The position numbers were made by a program, and so were the translations under genes. Shown in pieces: positions 26,568 to 38,300 of a stretch of DNA of 60,000 nt (position 1 is the first letter of the stretch; every line of letters begins with the position of its first letter). Below the pieces are notes generated by a model that was not told the DNA's origin, made no database searches, and saw only the letters and a program-made list of their open reading frames with translations. This stretch comes from Lytechinus pictus (lineage: Eukaryota): positions 4,032,001 to 4,092,000 of the forward strand of contig NC_087250.1 of assembly GCF_037042905.1 (NCBI RefSeq). The letters are read 5' to 3'.

Positions 26568-29289
26568 ACGATATTACATTCCGCGTGTTGGACATAGATG
26601 AGATAAAAGAGGCAAAGTGGTAATGCATTGTACTTTTTGAAGTACAAGTATTATTTTGAAGTCCAAATTTTCGACGTTAAACACACGTCTTCTTCAGGGA
26701 TACAATACAGCTTTTTTGGAATTCAAAATAAACTCTGTTGGAACTAAGTACAATGCATTACCTCTTTGCCTCTTTTATATATATATAATCATACGAGGGG
26801 TCAAATCATCTTATAGTGGCCCAAACATGGAGTAGTGCGTATGCAGCGCTTTGTAAAGTTCCCTGGGGAGCATTCCAACAAGAGTTCCAGGACGCAATTT
26901 GTAGGCATACTGCATAGGCTTATATGCCATGGAATATCATAGGGGACCCCCACCACACTCAGATACACATTTATCTTTTATTATTGTTACTGCCCCCCCT
27001 CTCCCTCTTCTTAGTTTTCTCGCATATAACTTCAGTATTGCAGTATTACATGACAGGCGGAAACCAAATATTGATCTTCTTAAAGAAAACTTGTATTTCA
27101 ATCGTGTTCAATGAGTTGATTTAATATTTGATTTGCCGAGTGCTCCATGACGACAGGGTTGTTTACATTGACAACTAAAATATTTAATATAATCTTTTGT
27201 TCGCGTTTCCAGGGGTGACAGGGGAAACAATCCCCGGAATTCAGAAGTTGTGAACCAGGTATGTAGGGTCAGTGAATAATGGTCTAACCCCGCGTAGGCT
27301 TCTATTCCATCACCATGATCACGTGGTCATCCTTGACGCGTTCGCCTGCAGACAATTCATCTACTAACCGTTTTGTACTTTATCATAATAGTTTGATTTT
27401 GCACAGCGACGCAGTGCGCTTTAAAGAACATAGAAAATGTTTAGTCAAATGTCCGTTATGACAATGAGCAACCAAGAAGTCTTTGTCGAAAATTGGTGAA
27501 TCACAGGGGTCGCGGAACGGGGAGGGGGGGGGGGGTGGGAGCTTCAGCCCACCCCCACACTTGTTTCCAAAACCGTGTACAAAAATGTAAAAATTATCAT
27601 CAAATTTTTAGTTTTTGCATGGTCAGCCCCCACAGTCGGCTCAGCCCCCCCCCCCCCTAACTTTCAAAACCGTTCCGTGGCTCCTGAATCAAAACAGCAG
27701 TTTCGTCCTGGACAGTTTATATGATAACCAAACTCTTTGTGAACTTACTCTGAAAGTGCAAAATATAGATGAAGTTGAAATAGATTTTTTTTTTTCACTA
27801 ATCATAGATGAGAATTAGAATACGTGGGTATCAAACCAAATGTATCGTGTAGACTAAATAACAATTAGACCGAATGGATTTTACACTGTAAGACCCATCA
27901 GCTCGGTGTCTATAGGCCATATATGAAAACAGAGAGGTGTTCAAACAGGCACCACTTCGGTTTTCGGCTAACACCAGATAGGCATTGAAACAACACTAGT
28001 CAGTGTTAAACCGATATCGGTTTGATTCTTGATTGGTGCTGTTTTCTGATGTAGATACCGGGCTGGTGTTGAATTAACACCGATATTTTTGTAGTGTAGT
28101 TAGTGTGGTATTAGACTATCGGAGAAGTAGACCAACTGGTTGCAGGTAAATTTAATATGAACCGTATATGTAATACATAGCGAATCTGATATTATCTTTT
28201 ATTTGTTTGATTTCTTTTTCAAATTCCAAACTGGAAATACAACATTTAATTCTCCTAAAACACAGACATGACAGACAACGTTTGTACGCATATCACCTGA
28301 TGAACTTGAAAAAAATATGATCCATACGACAATTTGAAGAAAAATAATGATTATAAGAATTGTGTATCTAGTAAGAAATGTCCCACTTATTTTGGAACTG
28401 TTTTCTATAGTAATTATCATTATAATTATCACCACTACCAAGCCTATTACTATCGGTTTTTTATGTTATCATCATTGTTATTGTCGCGATTATTATCATC
28501 ATCATCATCATCATTATAACTGTATATTATCACAATCAATCTGATTATCATTTATTATTACCACACAGTTGAAAGTGGTTTTCAAAACCACTTCACATGA
28601 AGCAGGCTTGATGCTACGGGAACCCTTTCAGTGGCATCGCACAAAATTTGATACCGCAGCGTAGACATTCTACACACAGTGTGTGGAGTAGCGCACACAA
28701 AATGTGCGAAGATTGCTTCCCAAAGAATAGTAGAGTCCTCACGATATAAACCAGTTTAATGAGGCAAAGCGATCTTGAAAACTACATCACGATGATCGCC
28801 AGGTAGTTTTCCGAAACCGTCATTTGGAAGATCACTTCCAAGACCGCTCCAACCATTCTCATTACACTCTAAACTAATGTAGTTTCCACTGAACTAGTTT
28901 TAGGACAGTAGTGAGAACGGAGTCAAAATTTCCAACTGTATACAGATCCATCTTTTGAGTCTAAAGACATGAAAGAAGTGGGTGTAACCTTTATAGATTT
29001 GATGACAGATGGTCAGAAAAACATGAATACTGTGTAACTACTACGGTTGTTGTTATTGTTATTATAATTAGTGTTATTATACTCATCATCATTATACTAA
29101 CACTATCACTTACCCAGGCTGTTCTTTCTTGGAATCAGTTGATTCATAGTAAATTGATGACTCCAGTACTGCTAGACCGTAATAATGATATCTGGATTGG
29201 AGAAAATCATATAATACAGTTAGAATATTACTACTACTACTACTACTACTGCTCCTACCACCACAACAACTATACTACTACTACTACTT

Positions 29290-29331
<42 letters not shown>

Positions 29332-32300
29332 TATACTTAAAGGAGAATGAAACCCTTGAAACCAGCTGAATCCATATCAAAGAGAAAAATCAAAGAAACA
29401 TATTGTTGAAAGTTTGAGGAAGATTGAATGAATAATAAGAAAGTTATGAGCATTTGAATATTGAGATCACGAATGCCATGTAGATCCTCCCATTGGCAAT
29501 GCGACCAAGATCTGTGATGTCACACACGTACAACTCCCTCATTACTTTAGTACTTATTTCACTTATATTCTCACATTTATAGAGTCTATCACAAGGTGAG
29601 GTGTTCTCTTTATGAGAGGACAAGTACAGAGGTTTCACAACATTATATCATTGATGAATCGTTTGTCATATGATTAGAATGAGCAAAAAGAGATGTTTTG
29701 GGGTATATTTTCAGCGTCCAAAAGGGGAGAGTTGTTCATCTGTGACATCATAGATCTTGGTCGCATTGCCAATGGGAGGATCTCCATACCAATAGTGATC
29801 TCGACATTCAAATGCTCATAAGTCTTCTATTGCTAGTCCTATTTTACTCAAACTTTTGTTGATCTTATTCTTTGATTTTTCTGCTTTCACAAAAGCTAAC
29901 TTGCTCCAAGAGTTTCATTCTCCTTTAACACCACCACCACTGTACTGGAAATAATCCTGTAAAATTATATATAATTGCAATATCCTGAAGCTTTTTTTCA
30001 CATTTAAACATTGTTAAAGATCTATTTAAGCAAATAACGATCTGTCAAAGAGTATTTCCGCTTAAGTGAGCACCACTTCATTTTGAAATATTCGTGAAAA
30101 ATGATTTGCGCAGAACGTGGAAAAAGTTGTATGAATAAAAGTAGATATTAATCATAAAGAACACATGTACTTTAGCTGGAAAGATAGATATGAAGACATC
30201 TTTTACCCTTTTAACCTGTTTCCTTGCCCAAAAAAACTTCATAGAGCGCCATTGCGCCCCTCCCCTCCCCCACACACCGAGACCATCGTGATATCTGCTT
30301 TACACGTAGCTGTGATTCATATAAAAAGGCTTAGGCTTGATTTTCGTTTTGTTAATCAATGTCAAGCTTGAGAAAAGTGTAGAGAAATAAGTATTAAACG
30401 AAATATGGAATGTGGTCCCACTTTAAATGATAAAAGCTTAGGGACAGAATGCTGGAGATGTCTTAAATAAACTTGTGTTTCCATTCAGTTATCTTCTTAG
30501 ATCCAGTTAGCACACACAAAAAATAAAGATAAAGGTTGTGCTTACCTAGAGTTGAAACGTTTATTTGGGAGGCAAAGTTGTTTAAAAATGTTTAAATTAT
30601 CTGTTTTATCTCAATTTTCCAACAACAACAAATGTATAAAAATGAACCGCATGGTCAGTTTGTTTTCGCCTTTTTTTCCTTGACACATCGTGAAAATGAG
30701 CATTTCTGCGCAAACTCATTTGCGAGCTTTACAAAAAAAGACAGCGCCCACTCAAGTGTAACACTCTGAAGAAAAAAATACTTTTATGTTATAGATGAGA
30801 CCCAAACCCACGAATATTCGTGAAAAAAGTATTTCCATGTTGTATGTTTTTCAATTTCCAGGACTTTTTCAAAGTGTAAACTTTTTGTTGATATACGCAT
30901 TGTATAACCAGTCAACAGCTGCTTGTCGATGAAGAAAAGTTCACTTACTTTGATTGACCCCGTGTTCCAAGACGTCTGGTGGTAATTTGGGGAAATTGTT
31001 GTCGGATAATCTGAAAAAAATAATATCACCAATACTTTAACTAAATTTTAAAGACTCAAAGAAATGTTTTCTCTAAATTCCGTAAATTGAAGGTCAATCT
31101 AATAGATTGTGTTCAGGGACAAATCCAAAATTTAATGGAAAAGTTTCAGTCTTTAGACTGAAAACTCCAACCCAACCTTGGATTTGTCACTAATCGCAGT
31201 ATATTTCAATCTCAAAAAATTAATGAAGTACAAGCATAATTAATATTTTTTTTATTTATTCCCATTTAAGATCATATATATATATATTAACCCTTTGCGT
31301 GCGACGGGCTTCCACAGAAGCCCAGCGAGTCGTTCACTTAGCTACGACGGGCTTCTACAGAAGCCGAGATTTGTTTGGTTTAATTCGATGAAGTTTTTCA
31401 GCTTTTTCGTAATTGTTATGTACTAAAACCTTTCCCACTATTTCCTTTATAAACCTATTTCGACAATCAAATGAAAAAAATACACAGCTACGTGGAGAAA
31501 AATCCCTAAAATAGGAAATCATTTCAACTTTACCCGAATTTTTCGTTGGAGTCAGACGGGGAGGATAAATTTTGTGACGTGCACGTACGCGCGCGCACAC
31601 TAGGCCTGATCACGTGATTTGTTCTGATCACGTGATTTGTTTTGATCACGTGATTTGATCCATATCGTTGTTTTGAAAGATAAGCTAAAATCATTTCTGG
31701 AAGATCGTCACGTAATAACCTACGCGTTTATTCACGATTTTCGTCTTATTTGTTTCATCAAGACGATATCACTCTAGATAGAATGATATCTCCTTGGTTT
31801 CATCGATCGATTGTATTTTCAGAAAAACAAAAAGCTTGTAATGTCTTTTTAGTACTTTGAGCTGATCGCGGTGCACTTTTGAACTTTTTCCCTCCCCATC
31901 ATCCCTCATTATTTTTCTCTACTTTTCTAAAAAAAGAAGAGAAAAGAAAGCAGTTTAGCACACCATTTATCTTATGCTCTTTTCAAAAGGGAAACGTCCA
32001 TGTAGTTCATGATATCGGCACTACCGAAACAAAATAATGTCTGGGCGGCAACTCAAACAAATTCCTTCCGAAAAGAGCAGGATACAGATGGTCAACGCCC
32101 CGAACAAAAGGAAGATTAGCGTTTATCGGCAAGATTACCTATTGAATGCCCTTCGTACTTAGCAATACAACAAGTTTTTATGAATACTTTTCCGACCAAC
32201 ATACTTTATCTAAAAAAAAGAAAACAAAATTGTCTCAATTACCAACAAAACAGGTGCTTATGACATCGGTCAGTGATCCATTTTGCATAAAAGCGCTTCC

Positions 32301-35300
32301 CCTGGGTGATGATGCATATGAGGATGAAAGAAGAATCATTTAGGGAAATTATAGAAAAAAAATGTTTATATGTCACGGTGAACGAGAGAGAATGAGAGAC
32401 AGAGACGGCTAATAAAAATATATTATTTAATTCATGTCAATATACAGAATGAATTTATAATAGGTTAGGTTCTAAAAGCTCTTTATCTTATTCTCCTTTT
32501 TTCTCCCAGATGATTTTTTTTGCATTGAAAAGTTGACGGAAACATTATCACTTCAAATTATAAAACCAACAATGAACTAAGTTTCCTCGCCTGAAATGGA
32601 GGAAATAGAATGATATATGATGAGAAATTACGTTAAGGCACCCACTATAAAGAAAACGCGTTTGTCTGGCGTGTCACCAGACAGAACCCGCTCAATCCTA
32701 CAAACTTTTATTCATGTGTGACCTACACCCCCCCCCCCCCAAAAAAAAAAGGTTGATACCGACCCAAATTTTATTGATTTTCCTACTTTTTCGCGAATTT
32801 CTTTTTTTTACCGGCGAATTGCGTGGTAGAAAAGATTTCATATAGAAAAAAATTGTTTCCTTTACTGCAAACATTTGGGGCGCTTACCCCGGTTAGCATA
32901 TAAACCAAAATATCTGATTTTTAAAATATAAAACAGGGGCCGCTGAGCGCTTTGATAATGGAGGGGTTGAGCTGAATGTGGGAGGGAGTGGACTTGCCAA
33001 AAAGTCACAAATTTATATAGACTTCGGATTTTTTTGTACATGTTTGCTGAAAGGGGTGAGGACTGAAACTTCCTACCAACTCCGCAGCCTCTGTACTATT
33101 AGATAGAGACAAAAATGAATTCTAACTATTAGGAATGTTTTTTTTTTTTATTACTTTGTTTTCGGTTGTGAAACCAATGAGACAAATTGAAAATAGAACA
33201 AAACGAAAGAACAAATAAAAAAAAAACTTTTATTGCGTAGGCTATAATTTATTCAAGAAAAAAATACTTTCTCTTAATTTCAGTAATTGCTAGCATGGCT
33301 CTTTTTGAGGGAATAGTAAGATAAAGAAAGAAACGTAGAAAGTGACAAGAAGAGAGTTGGGAGGTATGATTTTTGACTCATAATTTTAGTCACTTTTATT
33401 CGATTTAACTCTTTGAAATAATTTCAGGATATTACAAATCGAATACCGGTGCGCAAAGCTCAGGAACAAAATTATTTTATTACTATAATAGCTGCGTGGA
33501 AAATCGAATTAAATGAGACATTTGATTTATGAAAAAAATATAAAAAAAGAAAATTACTTTTAGTGAAAGATTGAGGTCTCTGTCTTGCCATAACCCTAAG
33601 CCCCAAGTTCACAAAAAATAGTTTAGTTGTGCATTTTCATACGATGATGATCATCATCGTATTGTCTTTTGCGAAGATATCTACCCACGTTATCAATATA
33701 GAAAATGGAAGATGATACAGAATTTATTATGAAATGACAGTAACAATAGTAATTTTAAAAGGTTTTCGGGACATTATTTGAGAAACTGGGGGAAAACCCC
33801 CCAAAAATGTCGACATAATGACCACGATGCAATAGGACGAAAGGCCCATCTCCGATACAAGTTGGTAAAAACGAGGCATTCTCTCGGAAGCGTTTCCGAT
33901 GAAGAGAGAGGGAGAGAGAGGGGAGGGAGACGTTAGATGTAATGTAAAATGACAGGTACTGAGAAGGAAAAATCAGAGAGAAAGGATTGGGGGGATGGGG
34001 GCGGGTATATACCTCGTAATCCAAATCGGGAAGACGGAAGACGATATGTACAGATATAATTTAAATGAGAAGAACTCAGAGAAAAAAGGTGTAGAAGGGA
34101 GGGGCATAGAAAGACGATAGATATAAGGGAATGAAAGCGGTAGATAATACATTCAGTTTATAGGTTAGAAACCAGAGAAAGGGAAAACGAAGAAATCCCT
34201 TATTGGTACCGTTTTATAAATACATTATACATGTACATTTTATATTGACAAATGCGCAAAAATTAAACACATTTACCATCCGCCAGTCAAATAGGAGGAT
34301 TTCAGTAGCTTTTAAGTGTTATTGAAAATTAGTAAACAAATTTTATATAAAACGGGCCCCTGGTAATTTTTTGAACCCCCACCCCCTCCCGCTTTCCCTC
34401 GTTCTCTCATCCGATATTGCTCTTATTTTTGTCTTCTATTTCAAAGGAAACAAACAGAAAATAAAGGAATTTAGAACACCGTCTATCCTCCGCTCTTTTG
34501 AAAATGAAAACGTCCATGCAGTTCTTGGTCTCGGCAGTCCCCAAACAAAAGAAATTCATGGCGGACACTCAAACAAATTCCTTATAAAAAGAGCAGGGGA
34601 CAAATAGCCAACACCCTGGATAAAGGAAGATTAGTGTATTTCGTCAGGATAATATTTAGCAATACAAAAAGTTCTTAGGAATACTGCTTTTCATATTAGG
34701 ACAGCAACATTAAAAAAGTAAATGATTACTCAATTTATATTGACAACACATGCAGGCGCTTAAAACATGGCAAGAACATTTTCTTCTTGAGCATGACAGT
34801 GCTTTCTTCACAAAAAAACACAATTTCCCCTGGGTGATGATACACATAGGGATGGAAGAAGATGCAAGTGAGATTAAAAAAAGAATAGAAAATGCAAATC
34901 GAGATACATCTATAGGAGAATAATAAAACGACAGAAAGGATGGAAGGGAAAAAAGAGGAAATAGACCAAAAAGGTATAATGTAAACCATAATGTGCGCTT
35001 TTGCTATAGCATGAATATTTACTTAAAAAGAATTATAGAATACTAGTCCCCCACCTCAATTTGTAATTCACGCCATTTTATAGAATGAATTTGTCATGTT
35101 AGGTTTTGGAAGCTCTTCATCTCATTTTCTCCTTCTCTCCCATGTGAACATTTTTGCACTGAAAATTCGACAAAGCATAATCAGTTCAAACGCTAAAACT
35201 AACAATGAACTAAAAGTTTCCTCGCCGGAAATTGATGAAATAGAATGATAATTTACGTTGAGGCATCCACCTGAAAAAACCATGTTTGTTTGACGTGTCC

Positions 35301-38300
35301 CGACAAACCCCTCTCAATCTTGCACCTACCCCCCCCTAAAAATGTTATTAATTTTTTCGCCAGTTTCTTTTCTTTTTTTTTGTCTTTTGTTTTTCTGCCA
35401 AATAGCGTAGCAGAAAAGGATCCATTTAAAGAAAAAAAAAGACAGGTTGACCTTATATTTTTTACGGCAAACATACTATTGGGGCGCTTACCCTGGTGAG
35501 CTTCAAAACTCAAATATAAAAAAAAAATGGATAAATAAAAGGGACCGCTAAGCGTTTTTTATAATGGAGGGGTTGAGCTGAATGTGCGAGGGAGTGATCG
35601 GCCCCTAAAAATCATAAATTTATGGACTTCGCGTTTTTGTATACGTTTGCTGAATGGGGAGGGAGGGGGGTGGACTGACGCCTCCTACCGACTCGAACGC
35701 ATCTGTATTTAATTGAACGATTAAAAAGATAGAGACAAAACGGGATACAAATCTTTCTTTATTTATTACTTTTGTTTTCGGTTGTGAAAAAATCCAGAAC
35801 GGTTAAAAACGAATAAAATGAAAGAACAAAATAAAACACTTTTAAATTAAAAGCATCTGAATTAAATTTAGATGCTACCATTTCAGTAGATAAAAATAAT
35901 TTACTTTCTCTCATTGTGACAAAGAGTAATCGGTAGCATGGTTATTTTGGAGGGAAAAGGGAGATAGAAAAATGAAACGTAGAACGAAACAAGGAGAGCG
36001 TTTGGAGGTATGATTTCAGATCCACTATTTGAGTCATATTTACCCCCTTCGCTCTTTGAAATTGCAACAGGAAAACAAATCGAAGACAGGTATGCAATCT
36101 TCAGGAACAAAATTATTTTTTTATTACAAACTATAATTCATGAAAAGAAGAAGCCAAAGGCGATTTTTAGTGAAACATTGAGGCCACCGTCTTGTAGCCC
36201 AGAAGCCAAAAATCACAAAATAGTTTCGGACTTTCGTTGCGCAGCATCATCATCGTACTTGCAAGGGAATATTCACCCTTTTTTATTCATTCTGGAAAAT
36301 GAGGTATTTGGTATGCTGTGATTTTACCCAAAACGGATTATCGTCGTAATTATACACTTTGCAAATGATCTGTATACAAGGGGGTAAAGAGACCATTCAT
36401 GAGTAGCGTGACAATAGACAATGAAAAAAGCACCAGAGCAGACAACAAAGCGGTATCGATCGAACCCGACTCGTCCGCGCGTGCTGATTGCCCTTACGCA
36501 TTTTTGTACACACTGCCTATTGACTTGGGAAAAAGCGAAGATTTGACAAAAAAACACGACTTTTTCCTCATAAATTTCTTAACTATTCTGTTGATTTGAG
36601 AAGCGAGACCTTTAATTCTAGAAAGAAAAATGTCTGACCTTTCATCTTTACATTTACTAAAAATCCTGAAAATACTTCAGTTTGTCGCAATTAGCAATAG
36701 ATTAGGAAAACACCGCCACAGATCCATATACCAGCAATGTACAAAAACAGCTCCGCCGCAGGGAGAGGTATCCGGTTTCGCGGGCCCGCACGCAAAGGGT
36801 TAAGTAAATGGGTGCTGGCTGTGGGCGCAAATTTACAATGACAGAAAAAAAAATTAAAAGAAAAATTAATCAACAGCTCTGCCAACATATAATGAAAAAT
36901 TCTCCTCATACTTAATGTTAGAATGGATCCTATGGATAATGCAACTGACATTTAGTTTGGCCTTAATTCTTTACAATATTTTTTTTTATTCGACCCAGAC
37001 CTTCATCTACAACATGTCATTAGATTTTTTAATCTTGCCTTGTCATAAATTAAACACTTTTTAATGCACACGTACGTAGAAAAATAAAAATTCTCTATGT
37101 ATCAATAATTGTAGTCTTTAGGAATATGAGTATTACAGGGATACTCAAGGCTGAAAAGAATATGATTTGAACATATAAAAAAATCAGACAAATATAAAGC
37201 TGAACATTTGATCAAAATTGGACAAGGAATGATAGTTATGGCATTTTTGTATTATTCTGGTGAAACTGTTCTAGACATGTCTTCATGAACATTCAATGAT
37301 CAAACTGATGATACAATATCTCCACTAGATCTTTTGTACTTTATTATATTAAGATTAGAATTATTCAATATTCTTTACTCAAAGAGCTAGAAAAAAGATC
37401 AGATCAGCAACTGATTAGACTTAGAGCATTACATATTCATTGCTGCAGGGAGACATATCATTCACACATGTATATAAAAAAATAATTATGATTTCATGAA
37501 ATAGCATAAGAAAAAGGGAAAGTGGTGATGTGATATCATCAGTCCACCTAATGAATATTCATGAAGACGTGCACGTAGCTTTTTTCACAAAATATTGGTA
37601 AAATTTAAAATGCAATAATTTCAATATTTGTTATCAATTTTTAATGAAATATTCAGCATTTTGCTCGGTGAATTTTACAATATTTATTGAAATATAAATA
37701 TATTCAGCCCGGCGTATCCCTTTAATACTTAGAATCTTACTTTGCCAAAGCTCGCTGCATTGATTGGAATGACAGCTGAATGGCGACAGAAATCAAGGTA
37801 GTGAACGTAGAGGGCACTCCTTGGTATGCAGACCCCGCTCGACAGTTTGTAGTTTTCATGTAACCTTTGATGTTTGAATCGGAAAACAAGGAAGTGTGAT
37901 ATGATACACGCAGGAGAATAGGGTGGAAGAATTACTGAGATGTAATTACAACTTTATACACACCAAAGCTCATCTCAAATTCACACAGCCCCACATACAA
38001 CAGGCACACAGAGGTGAAGGTTTAGTCTCTCACAAACACCCACATCCGTCTGCATCCTTCCCACACACTCAAATATATCCACCATGCATGCTCACTAAGC
38101 ACTCACCATTACCTGATTACCATAAAATAAACCGTACGCATCCTTACCAATGCACATGCAGACAAATACCCACACCACCACCCACACCACATCATCTGCA
38201 CGTATAGCCCTAACCAATCACTCCCACCTCTTTCAGCAATCCACATAAAACTCATAGATCCATACACACCCACACTCTCGCTTGCTCCTCTTTCACAAAC

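Noticed and set aside
27100..27345. GC-richer stretch after a minus-strand TGCAG acceptor, a possible extra RFX4 exon
   Set aside because: All three frames hit stops within about 45 nt.
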